Positions 1 to 19,619 of a stretch of 64,000 bases of DNA are shown one piece after another; the stretch's first letter is position 1; each line of letters starts with the position of its first letter. Both the position numbers and the translations under genes were made by a program. The notes under the pieces are model-generated. The model did no database searches, had not been told where the DNA came from, and saw only the letters and a list, made by a program, of their open reading frames with translations. Origin of the DNA: the human T2T-CHM13v2.0 reference genome, Homo sapiens; assembly GCA_009914755.4 (NCBI GenBank), contig CP068257.2:7808001-7872000 (forward strand). The letters run 5' to 3'.

Positions 1-99
1 AGGGAAACTTGGATGTATGCTCACAGTTTGCAAAAAGTAACAAAAATACAAGGGAAAAATCACTGACAATGGACTGCTTTGGCACTGATTTTGTTTTTT

Positions 100-1215
100 C
101 TTGATTAGTAAACAATAGCACACTAACCAAGAAATTATACACATGTGGGACCTCATCAAACTGAAGAATTTGTGCCCAAAAAAGGAAAGAACGAACAAAA
201 TGAAAAGGCATACTAAAACTTATAAGAAAAGTTTGGGCAAACATACAGTGGATAACAGGTTACTTTTGAAAAGGCACAAGCCAGTAACACTAACAGCTGG
301 CAAAAAAACAAAACAACAGAGAAATAACCAGACCAAAATTGGGCAAATAACCTGAGTAGATATTTGTGCAAAGAAGACAGAAAACAGATTCAACATTTAT
401 AAAAACGTGGTTAACATTACTACTCATGAGAAAAATGTAGATAAAAACCACTCTCAGATCTTATCTCACTCCAACTAGAATGAACATCACAAAAAGATTA
501 AAATATTTAAAAAGAAAATTCCAAGTATGAATTTCCAGAAAGGGGGACTGTTTGTGGAAATGTAAATTGGTATTAACACTATAAAAAACAGTTGGGGGTC
601 CTGCAAACAATAGAAAAAAAAAAAGGAAATACCATACCATCTAGCAGTCCCACTACTGGCTATACATTCAACCTACCTGTTCACCCACAGATAAAGAGAT
701 CAAGAAACTCTCATATACATACACTGGGGAATATTCTTCGGCTATCAGAATAATCAAACAGTGTCATTTAGAGCAACCCAGATGAACCTGGAAAACATTA
801 TGTTAAATGTGATGAGCTAGGCCTAGAAAGACAAACACTGCATGATACCACTCATGTGAAATCTTAAGATGTTTATCTTAAAGAAGTAGAAAGCACAATA
901 TTGGTTACCAGAGTCCGGGAGACAGAAGGGGAATGGAGAAGGATTGGTTATGGAAACAAAGTTATCTTAACATTAAAAGAATAAATCTGAGTGTTCTCCT
1001 CAGCCTGGTGACTGGACTTAACCGTATTACATTTTTCTAAAGAGCAAGGAGAATTTTGAATGTTCTCTTTACACAAAAATAATACCTGTATGAGGGAATA
1101 GAGATCCTAAGTACCCTGATTTGATCATTACCCAATATATATGTATAAAAATGTACCCCTAATTATGGCCCTTTATGTTGTAAAAAAATTAACAGAAATA
1201 AATACATAGTGCTAA
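100..1215 (+). mobile_element. Ancient LINE-1 (L1M/L1P-class) 3' portion (ORF2 C-terminus + 3' UTR), 5'-truncated
   Basis: ORF 143-355 translates to '[11 protein letters not shown]...', matching the L1 ORF2 C-terminal '[15 protein letters not shown]' region. Downstream sequence has typical old-L1 3' end motifs, degenerate with many stops. Confidence 0.55.
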
Positions 1216-1319
1216 AAATCACAGGGAACCACAAAAGCAATGAATATCTAAAGGAATCTTGAGAAATACAATCAAAGTGAGAACCCATAATCCTTGATAT
1301 CAAATTAAATTGCCAAGTT

Positions 1320-2155
1320 GTAGTTATGCAGTAGATATATGGTACTTGCATAAAAAGAAATACCTAGAACTATGGACAAAAACAGGGAGGACAAAAACAA
1401 CACAAATATGGACACAGTCAACTGACTTTGATAAAGAACACCACAACGTGGAAGGCAGAGTCTGATCAATGAATAGCTTTGAGAAAAATGATATCCGGAT
1501 GCAAAAGCGAGAAACAGGACCCTTATTTTACACGATGGATGAAAATCAACCGCCCCCCCCATCAACTGAAGGCCAAAACAAAATACCATAAACCACAAAA
1601 TGTTTTTTAAAAAATTACTGTGTTTACTTAAGTAAAACACAGGTTGAGCATATATTTTGGGTCACTTGAATCTCTGTTAACCTTTGCAAAGAGGAAAAGA
1701 AACAAACACCCTGGAAGAAAAACCTCACTGAAAATTAAATGCTTTGTTACTGATGCATATTTTCTAATATGGGTGACCATTATGACACGCATAAAACGCA
1801 AAAAAAAAAAAAAAAATATGGGACTACATCAACGTGAAAAGTTTCTGCATAGCAAAGAAAACTACTTTCCAAATAAAAAAGCATCCCATAGATTATGCAA
1901 AAATTTCAGGCAATCATGTAATTCACGAGGAGTTGTCAACTAACGTGTACACAAAAAAGAGTACAAAGTAGAAAAAGAATCCAATCTAATATTTCGCAAA
2001 TAACCTGAAGAGACAATTCTGCACAGATATAAAATCGAACAACAGATAAGAGATAAGGTCCTCAAAATTAACTATTCAATAGAATACTGTAATTCAAAAC
2101 CACACGCAGATAGTCTCACACTTATTGAATATTCCTAGAAAAATTTTTTAAAAAT
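1320..2155 (+). mobile_element. Second ancient LINE-1 ORF2 C-terminal fragment
   Basis: Degenerate translation resembles L1 ORF2 ('MQKRETGPLFYT...' like 'MQKNETGPLSYT'; later 'KKIWDYINVKSFCIAKKT' like 'KIDKWDYIKLKSFCTAKET'). Interrupted by the Alu at 2161. Confidence 0.4.
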
Positions 2156-2160
2156 AGGAG

Positions 2161-2459
2161 GGTCTGGGAGCCGTGGCTCACGTCTGTAATCCCAGCACTT
2201 TGGGAAGCCAAGGCGGGTGGATCACCTGAGGTCACGAGTTTCAGACCAGCCTGACAAATATCGTGAAACCCCGTCTCTACTAAAAATAAAAATACAAAAA
2301 TTACCCGGGCGTGGTGGCGGGCGCCTGTAGTCCCAGCTACACAGGAGAATTGCTTGAAACCGGGAGGTGGAGGTTGCAGTGAGCCGAGATGGCGCCACTG
2401 CCCTCCAGCCTTGGAGACAGAGCGAGACTCCGTCTCAAAATAACAAAAACAAAAACAAA
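2161..2459 (+). mobile_element. Alu SINE (full length)
   Basis: Starts 'GGTCTGGGAGCCGTGGCTCACG...TAATCCCAGCACTTTGGGAAGCCAAGGCGGGTGGATCACCTGAGGTC' and ends in an A-rich tail. Canonical dimeric Alu. Confidence 0.92.
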
Positions 2460-2639
2460 TTGGAATGGGGGTTTGGTTTTGGAGAAAGGGGAACTCATAC
2501 ACGGTAGGTGGAAATGAAAATTAGGGTACACACCATGGAAAACAGTTAAATAGCTGGAAACTCCTCAAAGAATTGAAACTACAGATGTCCCCTGCTCTAG
2601 CGAGGTCTCTTTCTAAAGGTCCTGAGGCATAAAAAATAA

Positions 2640-4260
2640 CCCTAGACCCCAGCTCAGAGGCCCGTGGGGCTCGGAGGGACCCAGTCCAGCGCTTCACCGC
2701 CGGCTCTGGGCCAGGGCGCTCCTATAGGCTGGACGTGGGTCGGACAGGGGCATAGCCTTCCCGGCGGGGGTGTGGACGCTGCCGAGGCCCGGATCCCACA
2801 ACCGCCCCAACGCTGACGACTCGGGCCCAGATGCCCACTTAGAAGTCAGGGCCCGAAAGCAGGGAGCGGCCGGGAAGGAGTAGGGAGACCCAGAGGGTTC
2901 CAGGTGGGGTTCATCCCCCTCCACTTACCGCCGAGGCCTGCCACCTCCTCCACCAACAAACGGAAGCCACCACATCTTCTCCGAGACTCGCTCTGACCAC
3001 GCCGCCGATGCTGCCCGGGCCTCGCACGAAGCGCAGTCTCGGCTTCCGTCGAGGCCTGCATGCTGGCAGCGTCCCTGGCGCCAGGCTGAAGCACCACCCC
3101 CTCTTAAAGGGGCCGCGGCTGGGACTGGGCAGAAGCAGCTTCGGGTTGCACAGGATGAGCGTCTGCCCAGCCCCAGGGGTGGACGAAAGGCCCCCAGTCT
3201 CTCATCCTCCCGGGCTCTAGGGCCCTAGAGGTCGCAGAAGCCCCTCCTGTGACCCCAGCCCCTAAATCGGCTCCCTTTGCCTGAGGAGCGCCCGGGACCT
3301 GCCCCTGCCCTCCTCGGGACCTCAGCTTCACCATCCTCAAAGAAAGCGGCCTGGCTGGAGCTCTGGGGTCCCTCAAGCTCGGCGCCTCAGGATCCAGGGT
3401 GGGCTCCCCTGCCCCTCTGCAGAGGGGGCCCAATAGCCACGGAAAGCTGGGGGCTGGAGGGACAGTCCCGAGGGCAGCAAGGCGTCCTTGGCCTCACCGT
3501 CTACATTCGTCCTGTGGGAGCCCGGGGGCGTCGCTAGGGCCCAGACTCCTGCGGCCTCACCAGGGCTGCCTGGGTCACCGGGCTCCCCAGGAGGCAGGCA
3601 GGGACCCTGGGGTCCAGCGCTGCCCCCACCTCAACTCCATTCAGCGTCAGCATCCGCGAGGGGATCCTGCGGACTGGACCCAGACCCACTCCTTCCTGGG
3701 GAGCGGGACCCGCATCGGTCTCTGTGACACCCAAGGGAGGGGCCGTGCTGACCTCTCCCGGGGATCTGGGGGCGAGGTGGGGGAATCTCGGCCACCTCTT
3801 GAAGCTCGCTGAGCCCCCCACCCCAGAGAGCGCTCAGGAGCAAAGGAAAGGACGGAGAGCCCACACATTTTCTATCTTTCATTTCCGTTTTTTCTTTTTT
3901 CCCCCCTCCAAAATGAAAGACGTGTGTAGCTTTGTCCCCTGTACACCATCCATTCCCCAGGGCCGCTGTGCGGATCCAGCCCGCTGGTTGCCTCTAGAGT
4001 CCTGGGCGCCCGGCGGTCCGCATGCAGCCCGGGGCCTGCCCAGGTGAGGTCTGCGGCCGCCACAGCGCTGAGGTCCCGCTTGGCCGGGGCGCACGGGCCG
4101 CTGGGGATGCTGGCTGCGAGGCTCCGGGGAGGTGGAGCGGGAGGTTGTCCCAGGCCCTGGCTGCAGAGCTCTTGATGTCACGCCTGACACCCTCCATCCA
4201 CCGCCTCGGGGCAGCGCTTCAGAGCCCCGGCAGAGGCAAGAAGTCGATCACTTCGTTCTT
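2640..4260. promoter_or_regulatory. CpG island (candidate promoter / 5' exon region of an unidentified gene)
   Basis: About 1.6 kb of markedly GC-rich sequence with many CpG dinucleotides, in contrast to the CpG-depleted flanks. Contains ATG at 4022 followed by a consensus splice donor CAG|GTGAGG at ~4044. Promoter function is inferred, not shown. Confidence 0.5.
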
Positions 4261-5384
4261 CATTCGTTGGAAAAATGGAAAAGCACATTATAATCCCTGG
4301 AACAACCACTTCAGAGAAAGAGCAAAAAATTAAAATAGGATTGTAAATGACACACTGAAATAAGTTGATTTTAAAAATGGTAGTCAATGGAAAAACAGGA
4401 TCAGAAGACAGGAGAGACAGGGAAAACAAATAAGTTATCTGACTGAAACAGAATTAGAAACTAACAACAGTAAGAAATATTGGACATCTGAAAATATGTG
4501 AAAATTTAACAACCCACCTCTAAATCATTGGATCAAAAAAAATCACAAGATAAATTGGAAAATATTTTGAGCTGCACTCCAGTTTGGGTAACAGACTGAG
4601 ACCTTGTTTCTAAGAAAACAAAACAAACTTCAAAAAGCTATAAAATTAAATGCCAACTTTCCCCTTTACCCAAACTATCCGTGGCTCTCCTTTGCCCTCA
4701 GAGTCAAGCCCATGCTTCTCACTGTGGGCTCCAGGACCTAGGTGGCCTGACCAATGCACACCCTATCACGATCTCCTCCTCTGCCCACTTGCTCACGCTG
4801 TCCAGTCACACACACTCTTTATTTTTGCAAATGCCAAGCTCCTGATCACCGCTGGGCCTTTGCCACTGCAGTTCCGCCTGCCAGGACCAGTCTTTCCCTA
4901 GACCTTCCCATTCCTGCCTCTTCCTGGCTTGGCTGCCTCTTTCTGGTGCTTCAGGTCTCAGATCAAATGTCACCTCTTCAGAGAGGACTTCATTGAAATC
5001 TCTGCCTAACACAGCCCGTATCAAGGTCAACACTTTTCTCTTTTTAGACTTAGGTTTTGATATAAAGAAGTTTCATAAAAATGACTTGGGCAGCTATCAT
5101 CTGTTTAAAAGGTCTGACTTTGTTGAAATAATTTGGGCTTTCCTGTTCTTTGAGTTTTGATAAAACAACTGTAAAACCATCTGCCTTTTTAAAAAAAATT
5201 GAGATTGATGTATACTTTCTGTTATTACTATTTTTTTACATTCTGTCTCCCAGGCTGGAACACAGTTGCTCGTAGCTCATTGCAGCCTCAAATTACCTTG
5301 CCTTTGTAACAGTAGGTCCTCAGTCACCTTTCTCATCTACAGATGTTGGTTTACTTAAGCTTTCTAATTACTTGGAGGTCAGCT

Positions 5385-5750
5385 TAGCTCAGTGGTTAGC
5401 ACAAGTTGCTAATAAATGCTCGAGTATGAGGGTGCAAAGAAAGGGGTAGGGAGGTGCAAGACCCTTGGCTTCAAATGCCCAGTCCCCTACTCATCTGCTC
5501 AGGCCCCTGTCTAGCCTCTGTATCTAAGCCAAACTACATGCCTCCTCCCCTGAGAAGCCCTCTTGGATTTCTCCTGTCCCGTCTTCCCTGCTCTATCCTC
5601 GGGTGAGTGGATCCATCCATCTGCCTCTGTGCTGGGCAGATGCCACTGCTCTCTGCTTTCTGGCTGGACGAGGCAAGGGGGAAGTTGTGTGTGTAGAAGT
5701 CCCCCTAAACCTTGGCCTTTGCCTCATGCCTGGCACATTCAACCTTTGCT
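5385..5750 (+). repeat. Possible MIR-like (tRNA-derived SINE) relic
   Basis: 'GCTTAGCTCAGTGGTTAGCAC' resembles the MIR tRNA-like head 'AGCATAGTGGTTAAGAGCAC'. Downstream 'TGCCTGGCACATTCAACC' resembles the MIR core 'GTGCCTGGCACATAGTAAG'. Weak match. Confidence 0.25.
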
Positions 5751-6232
5751 GACACCTCCACAGAAATACCAACCTCACCAACATCTGCAGAATGGGCCAC
5801 CAGGGTCTGTCTGGAGCTTGGGTGGGATTTTCACTTGACTACAAATACACACACATACACCCTAGGCTTCCAGGTCTGCATTCTTGGCTGACTCTTCACA
5901 CTTGAGTCCAAGACAGGTCAATGGTTAGTGGCTGGATTTGCAAGCATGTGTGTTTTTGGGCAGGATATCAGCTGGGGCAGTCTGAGAGGAAGCTGTCAAG
6001 GGAAGCTAAAGAGGAGGGAGTCAGTCACGTCTCTCTTCACCTGTTGCACTCTCTAAATTTTACTGTCCACTCCTAGGCCTGATCTAGAGGGCTGTCTAGT
6101 CTAGGGGAGACAAAGTTGGATGTATCTACTGCCAGCCCCATGGGGTCAGAACTACAGGGGAAGGTTGGGGACTGTGGGATTCCAGAGGAACAACAGGGAG
6201 GGCTTCTTGGAGGAATGCTTTTTCTTGAGCTG

Positions 6233-6497
6233 AGTTTTTTTTTCTCTGTAGCTCAGTCTGAAATGCAGTGGCACAATCACTGCTCACTGCAGCCTTGACC
6301 TTCCGTGCTCAATTGATCCTCCTACTTCAGGGTGGGACTACAGGCACATGCCACCACACACAGCTAATTTTTGTATTTTTTGTAGAGATGGGGTTACATC
6401 AGGTTGTTCAGGCTGGTCTCAAACTCCTGGGTTCAAGTAATCCTCCTGTCTTGGCCTCTCAGAGTGCTGGAATTGCAGGCATGAACCACCTCATCTG
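6233..6497 (-). mobile_element. Alu SINE
   Basis: Poly-T start, '...TGTAGCTCAGTCTGAAATGCAGTGGCACAATC...GGATTACAGGC', reverse-complement Alu. Flanking direct repeat 'CTGAGCTGAGTT' (6221-6232 and 6498-6509) is consistent with a target-site duplication. Confidence 0.9.
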
Positions 6498-8523
6498 ACC
6501 TGAGCTGAGTTCTGAAGTGTGAATAGGAGTTGGCTAGGTGAAGAAGGGAAAAAAGGACCTTCTAGACAGAAATATTTGTCAAAGATAGAGAGAAGTAGGC
6601 AGGAGCTGATTAGGGCAAGGTGTTTGAATGTCAGGCTGGATGCAGAAATTTTCTCACAAGGCCAATGTGGAACCATGGAGAATGTGTAAGCAAGGGAGGC
6701 CATGATTAGAGCTTGATCTCTCAGGGGCAGAGTGGGGGACAGCTTGGTTCTTCGGTGATGGGATCAGGAGAGTTCCGGTGTCATGGGGGGTCAGGAGAGT
6801 TAAGCCCTGCATCAACTCATCTGCACCTGTCACCTCGCACCAGAGTTGGTGGGGGACCTCCTGATGTTCTGGAGGGCCAAATAAGCCGTGGGATCCAGTG
6901 ACTTACAGTGTGAGGTACAGACCAGCACAGAGAGGGTACCGCCCCAGGCTCTGCTCAGATGGACACAGCCCTGACCTCATCTCCATCCTCCTGCCATCTC
7001 CACCCCAGCCCTGATAGTCCTGCTTTCCATGGTAGCCATGAGCTGCATGTTAAAATGATAAATCAGCCCCATCCCTTCTCTCCTCAAAACCCTCTCATAG
7101 CTCGTCTTTGCTCTTAGACTAAAACCCAGAGCCTCCTGCAGCTCAGAAGGCCCAGTGTGGCCCAGCCTCTGTGGCCTCTTGCCCTCCCCACCCACTCCAA
7201 CCTCACTGCTGTTTCTCTCCCCCTTGGGATCCTTGTACCTGCTGTTTCTTCTGCATGGAATTCACTTCCTGTCTCAGCTCTAGGACATCAGTCCAGAAAG
7301 GCCCCCAACTTCCTGCCTCTCGGGGTTTCCCTGTCACGTGACCTCTGCACTAGCCATAGTGTCCCTATAACTAAAATTGAGACAGATTGAGAAAGGGCTT
7401 AGTTGAGCCTTCTATGCTCAAGAGACTCAGGCCCAAGATCAGCCCCAGTCCCTGCTCTCATGAGACCACATGCATAGGGGTCATTTGGGGGATTATCTTG
7501 GCACTGGGTCCTGTGGGTTGGTGTCACCTCCAGCCTCCAGGGACTCATCCTAGCCATGGGAATGTGTCCAATTCCTGCCCAGGATTAAAATTAGCCCTGG
7601 AGATTACATTTAGTAAGTCAAGCTGGAGGTCAGGGGCTGGAGCCCACAGCCTGGGCTCTGCAGAGCTGTGGCGGCTCAGAAACTCAGCCCAGAGAACATG
7701 GAGGTATGCTTAGGGTCACACAGTGGGCCACAAGTGCCACCTGAGATGTCAGATACTTGTGGGCCTGGGACACCTGGATGATGAAGGGTCCAGCATGGGC
7801 TGGAGCAGTGCCAGGGGTTGGGGTTCTGAGAAGCATCTGTGGCCACTCCCAGAGAATGACCTGAATTTCCTGAGAGTTTGTTGCCAGGCCTTGTGGTGGG
7901 AGCTTGGCATTTCATGCCTGCCATAGAGGTCTGTTACCTGTCCCATTCACAGAACAGCACATAGAGGCCTAGAAATCAGCCTCCTATGCTGAGAACCACC
8001 TCAAGGGTCATAGAAGAGGCTGGGACCCAAGCATAGGCCCATGTGACTCTGGGGAGTCACTCATCTGAAGCCTCAAGTCATCTGTGACATGGCAGAGGCC
8101 GGGAGGTGGAGTGTATTCACACGGTTGGCAGAGTGGGGATGTCCCCTGGGGGTCTCAGGGGCCTGGGATGGCATGCCTGCTGCGGAACGGGCAACATGAT
8201 TTCTTTCTATGGAGGAACCTTGCATGGGGGTGCCAGAGAAAGCCTTGTCCCTGCCGTGGCCCAGCAGCCTCCTGCTTCTGAGACCCCCACCGGGGGATCC
8301 AAGATTCCTTGAGGTGGGGTCCAGGGTTTCTCCTGAGTCACCAAGTGGACCCCTGGACCTAAACTCTGGTCTGAGGGCTCCAAGCCAGAGTCTTTCCAGG
8401 GAATCCCTGTACTCTCCCACTGGAACAGGGTGGGTTTCCATCATTCTCTTTTCAAAAACAAAAAAAAAATTAGCAGAAATAATTCACTGGTGGTTGGGGG
8501 GAATTGGAAGATTGAGATAATCA

Positions 8524-9780
<1,257 letters not shown>

Positions 9781-9897
9781 AATAGTGGGGGCGAGTTACT
9801 GGGTGCAGCACACCAACATGGCACGTGTATACATATGTAACTAACCTGCACGTTGTGCATATGTACCCTAAAATTTAAAGTATAATTTAAAAAAAAT
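9781..9897 (+). mobile_element. Short LINE-1 3'-terminal fragment with poly-A, nested inside the older L1
   Basis: 'GGGTGCAGCACACCAACATGGCACGTGTATACATATGTAACTAACCTGCACGTTGTGCATATGTACCCTAAAATTTAAAGTATAATTTAAAAAAAA' is the extreme 3' end of a young L1 3' UTR. Confidence 0.7.
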
Positions 9898-9968
9898 AGT
9901 GCTGGATTTGAACATCCCACTGACAGCTTTAGACAGATCAATCATTGTGATGAAAACTAACAAAGAAA
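9898..9968 (+). mobile_element. Continuation of the older L1 ORF2 region
   Basis: 'LDLNIPLTALDRS...' matches L1 ORF2 'DFNTPLSTLDRSTRQK'. Truncated by the minus-strand L1 insertion at ~9969. Confidence 0.6.
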
Positions 9969-10087
9969 TTCTCTTTTTTAAAATGTATTATTATTATACT
10001 TTAAGTTTTAGGGTACATGTGCACAACGTGCAGGTTTGTTACATATGTATACCTGTGGCATGTTGGTGTGTTGCACCCATTAACTTG

Positions 10088-14025
<3,938 letters not shown>

Positions 14026-14090
14026 TGTGATGTTAGCTGGTTATTTTGCCCACTAGTTGATGCAGTTTCTTCCTAGCATCGATGGTCTTT

Positions 14091-15305
14091 TCAATTTGGC
14101 ATGTTTTTGTAGTGGCTGGTACTGGTTGTTCTTTCTGTGTTTACTGCTTCCTTCAGGAGCTCTTGTAGGGCAGGCCTGGTGGTGACAAAATCTCTCAGCA
14201 TTTGCTTGTCTATAAAGGATTTTCTTTCTCCTTTACTTATGAAGCTTAGTTTGACTGGATATGAAGTTCTGTATTGAAAATTCTTTTCATTAAGAATGTT
14301 GAATATTGGCCCCCACTCTCTTCTGGCTTGTAGAGTTTCTGCTGAGAGATCCGCTGTTAGTCTGATGGGCTTCCCTTTGTGGGTAACCCGACCTTTCCCT
14401 CTGGCTGTCCTTAACCTTTTTTCCTTCATTTCAACCTTGGTGAATCTGATAATTCTGTGTCTCAGGGTTGCTCGTCTCATAGAGTATCTTTGTGGTGTTC
14501 TCTGTATTTCCCGAATTTGAATGTTGGCCTGCCTTGCTAAGTTGTGGAAGTTTTCCTGGATAATATTCTGAAGAGTGTTTTCCAACTTAGTTCCATTCTC
14601 CCCATCAATTTCAGGTACACCAATCAGAAGTAGATTTGGTCTTTTCACATAGCCCCATATTTCTTGGAGGCTTTGTCCATTTCTTTTTACTTTTTTTTCT
14701 CTAAACATCTCTTCTCACTTCATTTCATTCATTTGACCTTCAATCACTGATCCCCTTTCTTCCACTTGATCAAATCGGCTACTGAAGCTTGTGCATGCGT
14801 CACGTAGTTCTTGTGCCATTGTTTTCACCTCCATTTGGTCATTTAAGGTCTTCTCTATGCCGTTTATTCCAGTTAGCCATTCATCTAATCTTTTTTCAAG
14901 GTTTTTAGCTTCCTTGCAATGGGGTCGAACATCCTCCTTTAGCTTGGAGAAGTTTGTTATTACCAACCTTCTGAAGCCTACTTCTGTCAACTCATCAAAG
15001 TCATTCTCCATCCAGCTTTGTTCCATTGCTGTGGAGGAGCTGTGACACTTTGGAGGAGAAGAGGTGCAGTGGTTTTTAGACTTTTCAGCTTCTCTGCTCT
15101 GGTTTCTCTCCATCTTTGTCATTTTATCTACCTTTGGTCTTTGATGATGGTGACCTACAGATGGGGTTTTGGTGTGGATGTCCTTTTTGTTGATGTTGAT
15201 GCTATTGCTTTTGTTTGTTAGTTTTCCTTCTAACAGATTCCTCAGCTGCAAGTCTGTTGGAGTTTGCTGGAGGTCCACTCCAGACCCTGTTTGCCTGGGT
15301 ATCAC
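14091..15305 (-). pseudogene. L1 ORF1 remnant (two ORFs separated by a stop at ~14709-14714)
   Basis: ORFs 14715-15305 and 14091-14708 together span L1 ORF1p. The second piece carries 'RNGQSLQEIWGYVKRPNLLLIGVPE...RRATLRHRIIRFTKVEMKEK'. Confidence 0.85.
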
Positions 15306-16142
15306 TGGCAGAGGCTTCAGAACAGCAAATATTGCAGAACAGCAAATGTTGCTGCCTGATCCTTCCTCTGGAAGCTCTGTCTCAGAGGGGCACCTGGCTG
15401 TATGAGGTGTCAGTTGACCCCTACTGGGAGATGTCTCTCAGTTAGGCTACTTGGGGGTCAGGGACACACTTGAGGAGGCAGTCTGTCCATTCTCAGAGCT
15501 TAAACTCCATTCTGTGGGAACCACTGTTCTCTTCAGGGCTGTCAGACAGGGAAGTTTAAGGCTGTAGAAACTTCTGCTGTAGAAAGTTTCTGCTGCCTTT
15601 TGTTCAGCTATGCCCTGCCCCTAGAGGTGGAGTCTACAGAGGCAGGCAGTCCTCATTGAGTTGTGGTGGGCTCCACCCAGTTCAAGCTTCCCAGTGGCTT
15701 TGTTTACCTAGTCAAGCCTCAGCAATGGTGGATGCCCCTCCCCCAACCTGTCTGCTGCCTCCCAGTTCGATCTCAGACCGCTGCACTAGCAGTGAGCAAG
15801 GCTCCATGGGTGTGTGATCCTCCGAGCCAGGTGTGGGATATAATCTCCTGGTGTGCCATTTGCTAAGACTGTTGGAAAAGTGCAGTATTAGGGTGGAAGT
15901 GTCCCAATTTTCCAGGTACCATCTGTCATGGCTTCCCTTGGCTAGGAAAGGGAAATCCCCCAACCCCTTGTACTTCCTGGATGAGGTGATGCCCCACCCT
16001 GCTTCAGCTCACCCTCTCCGTGGTCTACACCCACTGTCCAACCAGTTCCAGGTACTTCAGTTGGAAATGCAGAAATCATCTGTCTTCTGTGTTGATAGTG
16101 CTGGAAGCTGTAGACCAGAGCTGTTCCTATTTGGCCATCTTG

Positions 16143-16177
16143 GTGCCTCCCCTTGTTTTTTTTTTTTTTTTTTTTTT
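16143..16177. repeat. Poly-T (about 35 T) abutting the 5' end of the minus-strand L1
   Basis: Pure T homopolymer directly 3' of 'CAAGGGG', the reverse complement of the L1 5' terminus. Confidence 0.85.
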
Positions 16178-17717
16178 TTTTTTTCTGATTTCAACTTGAC
16201 AGCAGAACTCAACCATGCTGATGGTGCAGATGCATGTTGGTGGGAACTTTTCATTGTTTGATTCTGACATTTATGATAAATGGATTCACTTACTAAAGTT
16301 TTGTAGAGAGAGTCATAACCATTTAATCACCTAGATGATATTTCCTTTATAAAATCAAACATATCTGGTGGTTTTAGAGCAATATTTTTTACCTCAGTCA
16401 CTTGTGTTTATTAGACAAGAATACTAAGTGTCAAGATGTTTGCATTGCCTTTCATATTTTTATTTAGGGGACAGTGTAATGATAAATGACTTTGAATATA
16501 TAACCAGACACACCTTCATCCCCCCACCAAATCTGTGCTAATTTACTGTTTTTTATATTTCATGCATGAAGCTAAATTGTTTTTACCCATGGATTACAGC
16601 AAAATGATGCAATGATACCTGAATCCTGGCCAAATAACATGAAATGGCAACTGCAAAATTGTTCTGCAAAATTTTACAAGGTATTATGGTATTGAGGATA
16701 TCCCAAGAAAACTTGAGAGGCATTATCTTTCTCATTGGAGACTGACATTCCTGTATCAAGTAAAGTCTCAGGAAAAAGAACCACATGTGACTATTTTAAT
16801 GCAACCTCTTGGTTGAAATAAAATGACTAAAAGCAGTGTTTATCTTGTTGATAACTGAGAGGCAAATGTTAAAAATTTTGTTCTGAGATGAAGAGAGTTC
16901 ACATGATAAGTCTCTGGGATGTGAACTAAACTGGGAAAGCACCAGGACCATTTCTGAGACATACAGTTAATTAGGGTTTGGATAAACAGAATAATGTTCC
17001 CCACTCCCTAAAAAAGATATTTACATCCAAGTTCTTAGATACTGGAAATATATTACAATTCATGGCAAAGAGAATATAAGGTTGCAAATGGGATCAAAAT
17101 TGCTGATATGCTGATGAAAAATAGGAAGACTATTATGAATTATCATGGTGGGCCCAGTAGAATCATAAGCATCAAAAACCATGGAAGAGTGAAGAATAAA
17201 CCGTATCAAAGTGATAGATCATGAGAAAGACTCAATTGGATATATTTTTAATTGTTTGCTTTAGTGAGTTTTTCCACTTTAGCATACATTTTATTCAATT
17301 CAACTCTGCAAATGTGATTCATTTTATATGCCTGTCACTGAATTGGGTGTTAAAAATAAAATGAGAGAACACAAAATAACAAAAATTGATTTCTAAAGAT
17401 GGAGGGCAAAGGGCATTAAGAATATAGATAGTGTGCACCCTATACAGGCATGATTGTAAATGTATTCATTATATATAGAGAGTAATAATTATATATATAT
17501 ATGTATATAATTATTTGGCTTAGAAAAGAGTGCAGGGGGTACATTATCAAGAATTTAGCATCAAGGTTAATCAAGAATAAGTGAGTAAAATAAAAATAAT
17601 AATGATGGTAATAATTTCAAACACTGAAGAAAGAACATTGATGATATGAAGTCATTTTTTTTCAGATCTACAAAATAGGTTTCTTCTATGCCATTAGGAT
17701 GAACACAGTTTTCACTT

Positions 17718-18960
<1,243 letters not shown>

Positions 18961-19619
18961 ATAAAATATTCTAAAAATTATTTCTTTGTAATCAATTAAA
19001 TTATACAAAAAGCACATAATTTTCTTTCTGATTTAAATAAAACATGTGAATTGTACTTTTATAATATCTCAATATCTTTTAATTTTTTGGTGCCAAGAAC
19101 TGTGTGCTTTCCTCAGTTCAATGTCCACTATGATTTTGTATTCTCAAGGTCTGTCTCTCACCCCTTCATTTTAATTTTACCTTTATACAGGAAAATGTTA
19201 TTTTCTTCTTGAGTACACTCTTATGCGGCTCCTATTGGCAAGCAAATCTCTTAGTTTTAATTTTTGAAATTATTTTAATTTTTCTTATTTATTGAAGATA
19301 TTTAGCTATATTCAAATTCTAGCTTGAATAAAAAAATTTTTAAGCATAATTTTAAAATTTGTTTTTAATTGAAAATAACATTGTGTAAGTTTATTATGTA
19401 TGTTTTGAATTACATATAGATTATAAAATGATTAAATCTAGCTAATTAACAAATGCATGATCTAAAAGTTATTGTTTTTTGTGGTGAAAACAGTTAACAT
19501 CAACTACCTTTTCATTTTTCAGGACTGCAATATATCATAATTAAGTATGGCTGCCGTGCTGCATAGCAGATCTTGTAAAATATATTTCTTCTATCTAATA
19601 ATAATTATGTTTCCTTTGA

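Noticed and set aside
2694-4430. Many overlapping 60-137 aa ORFs in all frames inside the CpG island (pro/gly/ala/arg-rich).
   Set aside because: GC-rich DNA is stop-codon poor in every frame. None shows a recognisable domain or consistent frame. Kept only as a CpG island / possible first exon.
5385-5410. tRNA-like motif 'GGTCAGCTTAGCTCAGTGGTTAGCAC'.
   Set aside because: No complete cloverleaf (no matching acceptor stem or T-arm downstream). More consistent with the tRNA-derived head of a MIR-type SINE relic than with a tRNA gene.
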